NCBI GenBank assembly: GCA_050261575.1
Contig: JBLNDL010000096.1
Coordinates: 1-64,000, forward strand
From: Sphingomonadaceae bacterium
GTDB taxonomy: Bacteria > Chloroflexota > UBA6077
DNA length: 64,000 nucleotides
Reading direction: 5' to 3'
Shown here: positions 1 to 9,341 of the stretch, piece after piece
Layout: each line of letters starts with the position of its first letter
Numbering within the stretch: the stretch's first letter is position 1
Translations under genes and position numbers: made by a program
Notes under the pieces: model-generated
What the model saw: only the letters and a program-made list of their open reading frames with translations
What the model was told of the DNA's origin: nothing
Databases searched by the model: none

Positions 1-176
1 TGGTCTCCCTCGTCCGGCGAGCTGAAGGGCGGGTTCAGCACGGCGTAGATCACGCCACGCACCAGGGTGAGGGCCAGCAGGACCCACAGGAAGTCCACCG
101 ACGCGTCTCCCGCGCCCGGGAGCCAGCGGCGAACACGCGCACGAGTCGTCGTTTCGGTGGCGGCGTAGCCAATCAA
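1..176 (-). CDS. N-terminal part (runs off window) of a GT-C fold / DUF2142-like membrane glycosyltransferase
   Basis: Not in the ORF track. Hand translation from TTG at 176 (GAGGT RBS upstream) gives ...FLWVLLALTLVRGVIYAVLNPPFSSPDEGD: a TM helix followed by the PPFxxPDE motif typical of GT-C enzymes. Lies downstream of wzm/wzt on the same strand. Confidence 0.7.
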   Translation of the reverse strand, partial: MIGYAATETTTRARVRRWLPGAGDASVDFLWVLLALTLVRGVIYAVLNPPFSSPDEGD

Positions 177-295
177 GGTGGCGTTACCTCGCTATCGTCG
201 GCTGAAAAGAGGCGGATGCTCGAGCGGCATGGCCGAGGCGGCAGCTACTCTACCACCAGGTTGTGCATCGCGCAAGGTGCGGCGGCCGGCGCCAC

Positions 296-1549
296 TCAGT
301 CCTCGGCCCTCAGCCCCGAGTCCTCCGGCGCGCCGGCCGCGACGGGCAGCCACCTGTGCGGCAACACCGCCACGCCGTAGTCGGTCCGGTCGGAGCGCAC
401 CTTGAACATGGCGGCGTGCTCCCGGAAGTCGTAGTGGGTGTGCTTCATCGGCTCGAAGACCGCGGCGTGAACGAAGAAGGTGCCCGGCAGCAGCGTCAGC
501 GGGGCGAAGCTTATCCGCACCTCCCCCTCCTCGTCCACCTCCACCGGCGGGAGGCCGTCGCTCCGCATGTTGGTCGCGTAGCAGTAGGTCCCGTCCGAGC
601 GGGCTATCGTCACCCCGAAGGCGGCGGTGGGCGCGCCGTCCAGCGCGACGTAGCCGATCTTCACCACCAGCTCCTCGCCGGTCCGGAAGAACACCCTCGG
701 CTGGCCGTCGGAGCCGCACAGCTCCACCTTGGTGATCCGCACCGGATGCTCCGCATCCAGTGGCGAGTGATGAGTGTCGAGCGATGAGTCGCCGCCCTGG
801 CTGGTGAACTCCAGGTAGTCGGCCACGATCTGGTTGGCGGCGCCCTGCCCGCGCACCACGCCCTTGTGGAGCCAGACGGCGCCGGAGCAGATCTCCGTGA
901 TGGAGGCCAGGTCGTGGGAGACGATGACGATCGTCCGCCCGGCCCGCTGGAAGGAGCGGATCCGGTCGAAGCACTTCTTCTGGAAGCTGGCATCCCCCAC
1001 GGCGAGCACCTCGTCCACCAGCAGGATGTCGGGCTCCACGCTGGTGGCCACGGAGAAAGCGAGGCGCATGTACATGCCGGAGGAGTAGTGCTTCACTGGC
1101 GTGTCGATGAAGCGCTCCAGCTCGGAGAAGGCCACGATCTCGTCGAAGCGGCGCTTCATCTCCGCCTGGCGCATCCCCAGGATGGTGCCGGCGAGGAAGA
1201 CGTTCTCCCTGCCGGTGAGTTCCGGGTGGAAGCCGGCGCCCAGCTCCAGCAGGGCGGAGACGCGACCGTTCACGAGGATGCCGCCGGAGGTGGGCTTGAG
1301 GATGCCGGAGATCAGCTTGAGCGCGGTGCTCTTGCCGGAGCCGTTGTCGCCGATGATCCCCACGGTCTTCCCCTCGGGCACGTCGAAGGAGACGTCGCGC
1401 AGGGCCCAGAACGTCTCCCTGCGGGCGTCCTGGCCGGGCCGGCGGCGCACCAGGTTGACCAGCATCTCCTGGAAGGTGCGGCTGCGCTCGTGGTCGATCA
1501 CGAAGCGTTTGGATACGTTGTGGAAGGAGACGGCTGCGGCGATAGTCAC
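296..1549 (-). CDS. wzt: Polysaccharide ABC exporter ATP-binding subunit with C-terminal Wzt_C carbohydrate-binding domain
   Basis: Walker A GDNGSGKST, YSSGMYMRLAFS signature, ILLVDEVLAVGD Walker B and a C-terminal Wzt_C-like domain. GTG start at 1549 overlaps the wzm stop (GTGA). Confidence 0.93.
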   Translation of the reverse strand: MTIAAAVSFHNVSKRFVIDHERSRTFQEMLVNLVRRRPGQDARRETFWALRDVSFDVPEGKTVGIIGDNGSGKSTALKLISGILKPTSGGILVNGRVSALLELGAGFHPELTGRENVFLAGTILGMRQAEMKRRFDEIVAFSELERFIDTPVKHYSSGMYMRLAFSVATSVEPDILLVDEVLAVGDASFQKKCFDRIRSFQRAGRTIVIVSHDLASITEICSGAVWLHKGVVRGQGAANQIVADYLEFTSQGGDSSLDTHHSPLDAEHPVRITKVELCGSDGQPRVFFRTGEELVVKIGYVALDGAPTAAFGVTIARSDGTYCYATNMRSDGLPPVEVDEEGEVRISFAPLTLLPGTFFVHAAVFEPMKHTHYDFREHAAMFKVRSDRTDYGVAVLPHRWLPVAAGAPEDSGLRAED

Positions 1550-2355
1550 AACTCCTCGCTGAACCTGGGCGAGAGGGTCCGGAACAGCCAGTAGCCCACG
1601 GCCAGCGCGATGGCCGCCTCCGCCAGCGCGAAGGCGGTGTGGCGGATCGGTGGCAGGCCGTAGAGCAGGATGTATCGGTAGTCGGTGATGATGGCGGCCA
1701 TCGGGTTCAGCATGTACACCCAGCGCCAGACGTCGATCCCCAGGAAGCTGATGCTCTGGGGGATCCGCTCCAACTGGTAGAAGATGGGCGTCAGGAAGAA
1801 CCAGGCGGTGACCCCCACCTCCAGCAGCACCGAGACGTCGCGGTAGAAGACGTTCACGCAGGCCACGGTCAGCGCGATCCCCAGGGTGAGCATGAGCTGT
1901 ATCGCCACGATGGCGGGCAGCAGCAGCGCCATGGGGGTCAGCTCTATCCGGTAGGCCAGGATGAAGCCGAACAGCACCACCAGGGTGAGCAGGAAGTTGA
2001 CCAGGTTGGAGGCCACCAGCGATGCCGGCAGCAGCTCCCGCGGGAAGTACACCTTGTTGATCAGTGTGGAGTTGCCCACCACGGTGAAGGCCGCCCCCGT
2101 GATGGAGTTGGCGAAGAAGTTCCACGCCACCAGTCCGGTGAGGACGAAGACGGGGAAGTTCTCGATGGTGGGCACGGTGAGGATGGTGAAGACGATGGTG
2201 AACACCACCATCATCAGCAGCGGGTTCAGCAGCGACCACACGAAGCCGAGGGCCGACTTCTTGTAGCGGACCTTGAGGTCGCGCACCACCAGGTTGGCGA
2301 AGAGGTCGCGGTAGGCGAACAGGTGGGCGGCGGGCTTGGCGATGGCCATTTGCAT
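1546..2355 (-). CDS. wzm: Polysaccharide ABC exporter permease
   Basis: RDLKVRYKKSALGFVWSLLNPL and FFLTPIFY...LNPMA motifs, multiple TM helices, adjacent to wzt. Confidence 0.93.
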   Translation of the reverse strand: MQMAIAKPAAHLFAYRDLFANLVVRDLKVRYKKSALGFVWSLLNPLLMMVVFTIVFTILTVPTIENFPVFVLTGLVAWNFFANSITGAAFTVVGNSTLINKVYFPRELLPASLVASNLVNFLLTLVVLFGFILAYRIELTPMALLLPAIVAIQLMLTLGIALTVACVNVFYRDVSVLLEVGVTAWFFLTPIFYQLERIPQSISFLGIDVWRWVYMLNPMAAIITDYRYILLYGLPPIRHTAFALAEAAIALAVGYWLFRTLSPRFSEEL

Positions 2356-2439
2356 CGAAAGGGCGTCTGCTTCCGTGTGAGATCGGCCGGCTCCGGTGCG
2401 CGGGTGGGCGGCCGGGAGTTGGTTGTTGAACCAGGGACC

Positions 2440-2468
2440 ATAGTAGCACGCCGGTAGATGCGCGTAAA
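2440..2468 (-). promoter_or_regulatory. Putative sigma70 promoter for wzm-wzt
   Basis: TTTACG-17 nt-TACTAT with extended TG on the minus strand. Confidence 0.55.
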
Positions 2469-2743
2469 GGGCGGGCGGGACCCGCGGGGAGCACGGCCGG
2501 CATCCAGATGATCAACGTCGGCGCGGGCGAACCGTTTCAGGGGGGAGCCCCCCGCAACTTCTACCTCGGGTCGAGAACGCGAAGACGGGCGCGCCCCTCG
2601 ATACCACGGAACCGGCGTTGTCGCTAACGCCGGCACCGCCGAGTGGAGCTCCCGAAAAGGTGTCGCGGGCGGATGCTTCGCCCCTGCACCTGGATGCAGA
2701 CTGGTCGGGGAGTCTCGAGACGCACCCGATTCTGCGCTGGCGC

Positions 2744-2772
2744 TTGACATGGCGCGATGGGGCAGATAAGCT
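2744..2772 (+). promoter_or_regulatory. Putative sigma70 promoter for the cohesin-domain gene
   Basis: TTGACA-17 nt-TAAGCT. Its position implies the ORF-track start at 2757 is not real. Confidence 0.6.
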
Positions 2773-2822
2773 ACGTTGTAGTAGTTGTACTGAGTACCCG
2801 CACGGAATCGACGGAGGTCGCG

Positions 2823-5048
2823 GTGCGCACCGCTCTCGTCTCCGTTGCGCTCCTCCTCGGCCTGCTCGTGCTGGCCGATCCGGGCCCCCAGCCCGCCACG
2901 GCCGGCCCCGACCTTCTCCCCTCGACGGCGCCGGGGGAGGCGGCGCACGCGTCGGCCCAAAAGGGTGTCTCCGCGCAGACGCCGCCGGTGCTCCTCCGCT
3001 TCTGGCCGCTCCACATCCCGCCCATCGAAGTCGGGGAGTCCACGGTCGTGCAGCTCCTGCTGGAGAACACCGATCTCCTCTACGGGGTGGATCTGGCGGT
3101 CACATTCGATCCCAGTCTGGTGGAGGTCGTGGAGATCGTCCCCGGGGACCTGCTGCCGGATGCCCGGGTGGTGGTGCGGGACGTGGACAATGCGGCGGGG
3201 AGGGTCCGCTACGTGGCTACCCTGTTGGGGGACGCGGAGGCCCGGGCCAGCACGGGGTTCGTCGCGTCTGTGCGGTTCCGGGGTGTGGCGGTTGGCACTT
3301 CCCCGCTGGGGTGGGACATGGGGCTGGTGAAGCTCTCCGACCGGGAGTCGAACCCGCTGGTGGGGTCCCCGAGTGTCGCCGCGCTGACGGTGGCGGGCCC
3401 GACCCCGACGGTGACGCCGAGCCCCACCCGCACCCCCACGGCCACGCGGACGCCGACGCCGACCCGCACCCCCACCGCTACGCGCACCCCCACACCCACC
3501 CGCACGCCCAGGCCGGAGGCCACGGAGGAGCCCGAGCCGCCGGCCGCGACCCCCGTGGGCGAGGATCCCACCGCGACCCCGCAGCCTACCGAGGCCCCGA
3601 AGCACGAGTACCTCCGGGCCGAGCCCCTCCCCGCATGGGATACCGAGGGGCGGGCGGCCACCTTCCCTCTCCCCACGTTGGGCCCGCTCGTGGGTGTGGC
3701 CTTCCCGACGGTGCTGCCCGCCGGCATCCCGCCTGTGGAGGGCGGCGGGATCGTGGCGCTGCTGGAGGCGGTGCCGGGGGTGGGGGTGGTGACGGCGGAC
3801 GTCGGCGGGGCCGGCGTCGAGATCCGGGTGGACAACTCGGGCGGGTCCGTCGCGCTGCGCTTCCAGCCTCTCGACAGGCCGCCGGAGGGGTTCGTACTCC
3901 CGGCGGGCAGCGGCGTCGTCCGGTTCTTCAGCCTGGGCCTCTACGGCTACGATGCCCAGTCCCACACCGCACGCAGCATGGAGTACGGTGAGGGCCGCTC
4001 CTCGGCGCCGATCGTGCTGAGGTGGCGGTTGAGTCCGGAAGAGTACGCCCTCACCCTGGACGATCTGGGCGTGCCCCATCCCGACCGGCTCGCGCTATTC
4101 CGGATCACGGCCGAGGGGCTCCCCGCCAGACTCTCGACGGCCTGGAGTCCAGAGCCCGCGCCCTACGGCTCCGTGACGTCGGTCTTCGTGGATCGCTCCA
4201 CCTTCGTGCTGGCGGTGCTGCCGCCAGAGGAGGCGGGTCGCACCGTGCCAGTCGACCCCCGATACTTCGCCGAGACGGGCTTTCGGGTCGGGACCGATCG
4301 GTTCTGGGACTACTTCAGCAGGCGGGGCGGTCTCAGGAGCTTCGGGTACCCAATCTCACGCGTGTTCACGCTGCTCGGCTTCCGGGTGCAGATGTTCCAG
4401 CGGGGCGTCCTGCAGGCCCTGCCCGACGGCTCCGTGACCACCATGAACCTGCTGGATTCCGGCATGATGCCCTACACTCGCATCAACTCCAGCAGCTTTC
4501 CGGCGGCGGAACCGGCGATGGCCCTCGCAGCGCCCTTGCCGTGGGTGCCCGGCTACGCCGAGAGGGCGATCGCGTTCGTAGAGGCGAACGTCCCCGACGA
4601 GTGGGAGGGTCTGCCCGTGGGCTTCCGCCGGGCCTACCTATCGACGGTGCGCTACGAGGACGCGTTCCCGGAGGGCGGGGGCGACCGTTCGCTGGTTCCT
4701 CTGCTGAACCTGGAGCTGTGGGGGCTGCCCACCAGCCGGCCGGCTCGCGATCCCAGCAACCACGACTTCGTCTACCAGCGCTTCCAGCGGGGGATCCTGC
4801 ACTACGATGCGGCGACGGGGACGACCCAGGGGCTGCTGCTGGCGGACTACTTGAAGGGGATCGTGACGGGGGTGGGCCTGCCGCCGGATCTGGATGAGCA
4901 GGCCAGGGGGAGCGTGTTCTACCGCCAGTACGATCGGTCCGTGCCCGGCCACACGGCGCGACCCGAGGAGTTGCCGGGGACCGATTTGGTGGGGGCGTTC
5001 GAGATGGACGTGCCGGTCGAGGTGGCATCCGCCGGCGGCGCGGAGTGA
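2823..5048 (+). CDS. Secreted surface protein: signal peptide, cohesin-like domain, Pro/Thr linker and C-terminal 'RYFAETGF...FGYPIS...FQRG' domain
   Basis: GGAGG then GTG at 2823; hydrophobic N-terminus; cohesin-like segment (LYGVDLAVTFDPSLVEVV...VASVRFRG); TPTPTRTPT repeats; C-terminal domain of a type common in Chloroflexota exoproteins. Confidence 0.75.
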   Translation: MRTALVSVALLLGLLVLADPGPQPATAGPDLLPSTAPGEAAHASAQKGVSAQTPPVLLRFWPLHIPPIEVGESTVVQLLLENTDLLYGVDLAVTFDPSLVEVVEIVPGDLLPDARVVVRDVDNAAGRVRYVATLLGDAEARASTGFVASVRFRGVAVGTSPLGWDMGLVKLSDRESNPLVGSPSVAALTVAGPTPTVTPSPTRTPTATRTPTPTRTPTATRTPTPTRTPRPEATEEPEPPAATPVGEDPTATPQPTEAPKHEYLRAEPLPAWDTEGRAATFPLPTLGPLVGVAFPTVLPAGIPPVEGGGIVALLEAVPGVGVVTADVGGAGVEIRVDNSGGSVALRFQPLDRPPEGFVLPAGSGVVRFFSLGLYGYDAQSHTARSMEYGEGRSSAPIVLRWRLSPEEYALTLDDLGVPHPDRLALFRITAEGLPARLSTAWSPEPAPYGSVTSVFVDRSTFVLAVLPPEEAGRTVPVDPRYFAETGFRVGTDRFWDYFSRRGGLRSFGYPISRVFTLLGFRVQMFQRGVLQALPDGSVTTMNLLDSGMMPYTRINSSSFPAAEPAMALAAPLPWVPGYAERAIAFVEANVPDEWEGLPVGFRRAYLSTVRYEDAFPEGGGDRSLVPLLNLELWGLPTSRPARDPSNHDFVYQRFQRGILHYDAATGTTQGLLLADYLKGIVTGVGLPPDLDEQARGSVFYRQYDRSVPGHTARPEELPGTDLVGAFEMDVPVEVASAGGAE
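3400..3510 (+). repeat. Intragenic Pro/Thr(Arg) tandem-repeat linker
   Basis: Encodes PTPTVTPSPTRTPTATRTPTPTRTPTATRTPTPTRTP. Confidence 0.85.
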
Positions 5049-5229
5049 CGGGCTGCTTCGGCCGTTCGTGGCCTCGTGCGGCGAGGGGGTGGTGAACGAC
5101 GAGCCACGCGCAGGCCGAAGCCTGCGCCTGCAGCAGATCCGCAGATCTCGTCGGCCCTCTTCTGAAAGCAGCGGCCGCCGGCAGAGGCCCGGGCGAACCT
5201 CGGAGGAAGGAGACGGATTCCCGATCCGG

Positions 5230-5598
5230 CTATATACCGGAGAAGTCGATGTCCTCGATCCAGCTCTTGGCTTCGTACCAGTACAGCAGGACCTTCCTTA
5301 TCTTGGAGAAGCGCTCCTCGAAGTCGTCGCTGGGCACGATGTACATGGGGTTGGGCGTCACCACGAAGTGGTCGTTCACCCACACCAGGTTGGACACGCA
5401 GTAGCGGCAATGTGCCCAAAGGGGGTTGAGGTCCGGCTTGGCTGCCTTCACGTGATAGAAAAGGAAGCTGTCCTTGCCCGGGCCCGGGGTAAACGCGAAC
5501 GGCGCTATCGGCTCGATCTCGTGACGAGGGAGGGGCACCAGCTCCTCGTCGGGCACGGCGCTCTCTTGCTCGTGTTCTACGCTCTTGTCTTGCTCCAT
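5230..5598 (-). CDS. Hypothetical protein with a CxxC (HCRYC) motif
   Basis: GC3-biased codons and protein-like composition; GGAGG upstream of ATG 5598. Confidence 0.65.
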   Translation of the reverse strand: MEQDKSVEHEQESAVPDEELVPLPRHEIEPIAPFAFTPGPGKDSFLFYHVKAAKPDLNPLWAHCRYCVSNLVWVNDHFVVTPNPMYIVPSDDFEERFSKIRKVLLYWYEAKSWIEDIDFSGI

Positions 5599-5808
5599 CG
5601 CGGAATTAGCCTCCATCCTAGGCAGACAGAAAGAAAAGAGGAGATCTGGGTCCCTGCGAGCTGCGGCAGGGCTGTGGCAGCATGGGGCGGGCCACCCTGA
5701 CCCACAAAGACCGGGTCCAAGAGCCATTGTACCGCCCCTGTAAATGGCCCGAATTTCCTATTGCGTCCGGCTATCGGCTGCCAGCAGCCGATAGCCGACA
5801 GCTTCCCA

Positions 5809-6042
5809 TCATCCGCCCCCCACCGGCTCGAAGACCTCCACGTCGTCGCCGTCTCTCAGGGGTTGGTCCTCGGAGATCACCTGCCGGTTGGCCCGTACGA
5901 TCCACACCTCGCCTGGGTGGATCCCAACCTGCTGGAAAAGCTGTGCCGGCGTGGAGCCCTCGGGCAACTCCAGTTGGAGCGATTCCTGTCCCTTCGGAAG
6001 GTACTTGCGAAGGTCGCCAAAGAGACGTACGGTGAGTCTCAT
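5809..6042 (-). CDS. MoaD/ThiS family sulfur-carrier protein
   Basis: 77 aa, MRLTVRLFGDLRK...LRDGDDVEVFEPVGGG with C-terminal di-Gly; GGAG RBS before ATG 6042. Confidence 0.9.
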   Translation of the reverse strand: MRLTVRLFGDLRKYLPKGQESLQLELPEGSTPAQLFQQVGIHPGEVWIVRANRQVISEDQPLRDGDDVEVFEPVGGG

Positions 6043-6070
6043 CCGCCGAACTCCAAGATGCCAGGCCGAT

Positions 6071-6147
6071 GCAGGGCGGGGTCTCGTGCCCCGCCGCCCG
6101 ACGCAACCAATGGACCGGGCGGCAGGGCACAAGGCCCTTTCCCGCAC
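6071..6147. repeat. Inverted pair of REP-like palindromes (REPIN-like)
   Basis: GCAGGGCGGGGTCTCGTGCCCCGCCGCCCG followed by an inverted copy CGGGCGGCAGGGCACAAGGCCCT; related copies at 52300, 54895 and 63632. Confidence 0.6.
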
Positions 6148-6154
6148 TCCGCCG

Positions 6155-7072
6155 TTAGCTCGCTTCCTGCACTCCTACTGGCTCCGGCCTCTCCACCGGT
6201 CCCAGGCCGTACTTGGCCGCGTTGGCGTCCGCGATGGCCTGGATCAGGCGGATCTGCTCCTCGCCGCCCGGCTTGAACAGGTGGCGGAAGCGAGCCTGCG
6301 GCTTGAGGTATTCCTCCACCGACACCCTCTTCGCCACAGTCCTCACGCGGGTCACCTGGCCGTTCTCGATCTCGAAGAGCGGGTAGAGGCCGCTCTGGAC
6401 CGCGAGCTTGGCGATCTCGATCGTGAGCCTCGGGTCGAAGCCCCAGCCCAGCGGGCAGGGGACGTGGACCTGCAGGTACTTGGGGCCCTTCACCTTCATC
6501 GCCCGCTTCACCTTGGCCTGTATGTCGTGCGGGTAGGCCACCGACGCCGTCGCCACGTAGGGGGCGCCGTGCGCCACGGCGATGGCGGGGAGGTCCTTCT
6601 TCATGGTGTCGTTGCCCCAGCTCCGCTCGCCCGGAGGGCTGGTGCTGGTCCTGGCGTCGAAGGGCGTGAGCCCCGACCGCTGGATACCGGTGTTCATGTA
6701 GGCTTCGTTGTCGTAGCAGAGGTAGATGATGTTGTGACCTCGCTCGAGCATCCCGGAGAGGGCGCCGAAGCCGATATCCGCGGTCCCGCCGTCGCCACCC
6801 TGTGCGACCACGGTGATCTCATCCGCCTTGCCCAGCGCCTTCAGCCCGGCCTCGATGCCGGAGGCCACGGCGGGGGCGTTCTCGAAGAGGGAGTGGATCC
6901 AGGGCACTCCCCAGGCCGACTCTGGCCACTTGCTAGAGAACACTTCCAGGCAGCCGGTGGCGTTGGCGATTATCACCTTCTCGCCTATCGCGTCGAGGGC
7001 CAGACGAGCGCCGAGCGCCTCGCCGCAACCGGCGCAGGCTCGGTGTCCGGCCATCAGTGCATGCTTATCCAT
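6155..7072 (-). CDS. porB: Pyruvate/2-oxoacid:ferredoxin oxidoreductase beta subunit (TPP-binding)
   Basis: [22 protein letters not shown]...[13 protein letters not shown] and PCPLGW motifs. Confidence 0.93.
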   Translation of the reverse strand: MDKHALMAGHRACAGCGEALGARLALDAIGEKVIIANATGCLEVFSSKWPESAWGVPWIHSLFENAPAVASGIEAGLKALGKADEITVVAQGGDGGTADIGFGALSGMLERGHNIIYLCYDNEAYMNTGIQRSGLTPFDARTSTSPPGERSWGNDTMKKDLPAIAVAHGAPYVATASVAYPHDIQAKVKRAMKVKGPKYLQVHVPCPLGWGFDPRLTIEIAKLAVQSGLYPLFEIENGQVTRVRTVAKRVSVEEYLKPQARFRHLFKPGGEEQIRLIQAIADANAAKYGLGPVERPEPVGVQEAS

Positions 7073-7174
7073 TCCTTATCCTCCGTAAGGTCCCGAGTGT
7101 CGGCTGCCGGGTCCTGAGCCCTGGTCCCGAGTGGCAATCGCGCAGGACCTGGCGCCGAGTCCTCAAGTCCTCGT

Positions 7175-8362
7175 CTAGGCCTCACCAACAGTAGCGAGCT
7201 CCTTCAGGAACTCGTCGTCCAGCTCCAGGAAGTGGCTGTCCACGTAGCCCGCCCTGGCCATCTCGATGGCCTTGCGGATGGTGCCGTCGGTGACGTCCTT
7301 GCCGCCCAGCCCCACGATGAAGCTGCTCACCTCGGGCGCCCCCTTGACGGGGTAGAGCGCGGACCGGAGATCCGCAGCCAGTATCCCGACACCGCCGAGG
7401 GAGACCGCCTTCTCCAGCACTACCACCTTCTTGGCACCGGAGAGGGCCTTCCTCAAAGCATCCACTGGGAAGGGTCGGTAGGATACCAGCTTGAGGGCGC
7501 CGACCTTCTGGCCCTCGGCCCGCAACTGGTCCACCACGGCCTTGAGCAGCCCCATGATGGAGCCGGTTGCCATCAGCACCACCTCGGCGTCCTCCAGGCG
7601 GTAGCCCTGGAGCAAGCCGCCGCTGCGGCGCCCGAAGGCGCGCTCGAACTGGTCGGCCACCTCCTCGATCACCGCCTCGGACCGCTTCATGGCCTGGACG
7701 ATGGCGAAGCGGGTCTCGCTGTAGCCCTCCTCGGCGTAGGTGCCGAAGGTCCTGGGGTTGGCGGGGTCCAGCCTGCGGGTGGGGTTGAAGGGCGGGACGA
7801 ATCGATCGACCGCTTCCTGGTCGGGGAGGTCCACCGGCTCGTAGGAGTGGGTCAGCACGAAGCCGTCCATGCAGACCATCACCGGCAGTTGCACCCGCAG
7901 GTCCTCGGCGATCTTGTACGCCTGGAAGTGCAGGTCCACCGCCTCCTGGTTGTCCTCGGCGTGTAGCTGGATCCAGCCCGCGTCGCGGACGGAGTAGGAA
8001 TCCTGCTGATCGTTCCAGATGTTGATAGGGGCGGAAAGCGCGCGGTTCGCGCAGGTCATCACCACCGGCAGGCGCAGGCCGGCGATGTTGAACAGCACCT
8101 CTGCCATGAGCATGATGCCCTGGGAGGAGGATGCGGTGTAGGCTCGCGCCCCCACGGCGCTGGCGCCCAGCACGGCGGAGGCGGCGGAGTGCTCGCTCTC
8201 CACCCTCACGTACTCGGCCTTCAGCTCGCCGTCGGCCACCATCTCCGACAGCTCCTGCACGATGTGGGTCTGCGGAGTGATGGGATAGGCGGCCACCACC
8301 TGGGCGCGGCACAGCTTGATGGCCTCGGCAACAGCGCGAGAGCCCTCTACGACCTTCTTCAT
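7175..8362 (-). CDS. porA: Pyruvate/2-oxoacid:ferredoxin oxidoreductase alpha subunit
   Basis: AAYPITPQT, ESEHSA, SSQG and NRALSAPINIWNDQQD motifs; ATG at 8362 overlaps the porD stop. Confidence 0.93.
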   Translation of the reverse strand: MKKVVEGSRAVAEAIKLCRAQVVAAYPITPQTHIVQELSEMVADGELKAEYVRVESEHSAASAVLGASAVGARAYTASSSQGIMLMAEVLFNIAGLRLPVVMTCANRALSAPINIWNDQQDSYSVRDAGWIQLHAEDNQEAVDLHFQAYKIAEDLRVQLPVMVCMDGFVLTHSYEPVDLPDQEAVDRFVPPFNPTRRLDPANPRTFGTYAEEGYSETRFAIVQAMKRSEAVIEEVADQFERAFGRRSGGLLQGYRLEDAEVVLMATGSIMGLLKAVVDQLRAEGQKVGALKLVSYRPFPVDALRKALSGAKKVVVLEKAVSLGGVGILAADLRSALYPVKGAPEVSSFIVGLGGKDVTDGTIRKAIEMARAGYVDSHFLELDDEFLKELATVGEA

Positions 8363-8628
8363 CAGGCATCTACCTCCGGCACCATCTTGATATCGCCCAC
8401 AGGGCACTCCTGGGCGCAGATGCCGCAGCCCTTGCAGTAGTCGAGGTTGCAGGTGTACTTCTTCTTCTCGAGGGCGTAAACCACGGCGTCGGGGCACACC
8501 ATCTCGCACATCCTGCAGCCGGTGCACTTTTCCTGGAGGAAGCGGGGCTTCTGCGTGCTGCGCCAACTGCCGGTCTTGTTGACGAGGCTGGCTCCAGGCT
8601 CCCCATAGAGCCCCATAGTAACCTTCAT
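8362..8628 (-). CDS. porD: Oxidoreductase delta subunit (2x[4Fe-4S] ferredoxin)
   Basis: KTGSWR, CTGCRMCEMVCP and YCKGCGICAQECP. Confidence 0.93.
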   Translation of the reverse strand: MKVTMGLYGEPGASLVNKTGSWRSTQKPRFLQEKCTGCRMCEMVCPDAVVYALEKKKYTCNLDYCKGCGICAQECPVGDIKMVPEVDA

Positions 8629-8652
8629 CTCTTGACTCTCCTTTGCTGGGAC

Positions 8653-9249
8653 CTAGGACTTGGAGCGAGCGCTGAGAGCCGGGCTCGGCCCTGAGCCCAT
8701 GGACCTCAGCACTAGCTCGTACGCGCGGCGCACGGCCTCGATGTTCTTGGACGCGACCCTGCCCTCGCCGAAGTTGGCGACGATAGCCTTCTCCAGGGCC
8801 GGGAGCTCGATCTCACCTGTGGCGGCGGCGAAGGCTCCGAGGATCGGCATGTTGGCCCTGTCCTGCCCGAGTAGCTCCATCGCGATCTCGGAGGCGGGGA
8901 CGGTGCACACCTTCGCATCGGTCCTGCCGGTGAAGTGGGAGGCGTCGCTGGCGGAGTTGATGATGGCGGCTCCGTCGGCCTTGAGCCCCTGGAAGACGCC
9001 GAACTCCTCGGCCGCGGCGAGGGAGGAGTCCACGACGAGGATGTAGTCGGGTGCGTGGACTCGGCTGCGCAGGTAGACCTTCCCGCTATCGAGCCGGACA
9101 AAGGCGTTCATGGGCGCTCCCATTCGTTCGGCACCGAAGTGTGGGAAGGCCAACGCGTACTTGCCCTGCTCGAAGGCTGCCATAGCCAGGATGCGAGCCG
9201 TGGTAATCGCGCCCTGACCCGCCCGAGCGTGGATACGGATCTCCTTCAT
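8653..9249 (-). CDS. porC: Oxidoreductase gamma subunit
   Basis: EIRIHARAGQGA, FPHFGAERMGAP and RANMPILGA; first gene of a gamma-delta-alpha-beta operon. Confidence 0.9.
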   Translation of the reverse strand: MKEIRIHARAGQGAITTARILAMAAFEQGKYALAFPHFGAERMGAPMNAFVRLDSGKVYLRSRVHAPDYILVVDSSLAAAEEFGVFQGLKADGAAIINSASDASHFTGRTDAKVCTVPASEIAMELLGQDRANMPILGAFAAATGEIELPALEKAIVANFGEGRVASKNIEAVRRAYELVLRSMGSGPSPALSARSKS

Positions 9250-9341
9250 TGGCGGTTTCTCCTTTGAACCGGGCTGTTGATGCCCAGATTATACTCGCAT
9301 GGGAGCGACACCTGCACGGGGGGAGTCCATCGCTCGGCGAC

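Noticed and set aside
1550..2515. 739-aa ORF 296..2515 suggesting a Wzm-Wzt fusion
   Set aside because: The N-terminal part is an off-frame read over wzm. Wzt homology starts at GTG 1549, overlapping the wzm stop.
2470..2740. GC-rich intergenic region with small hairpins as a possible ncRNA or riboswitch
   Set aside because: It lies between two divergent predicted promoters, so is probably untranscribed, and matches no motif I recognise. An Rfam search would settle it.
3400..3510. Tandem repeats as a possible CRISPR array
   Set aside because: In-frame Pro/Thr codon repeats without unique spacers; no cas genes or repeat-spacer arrays seen in the window.
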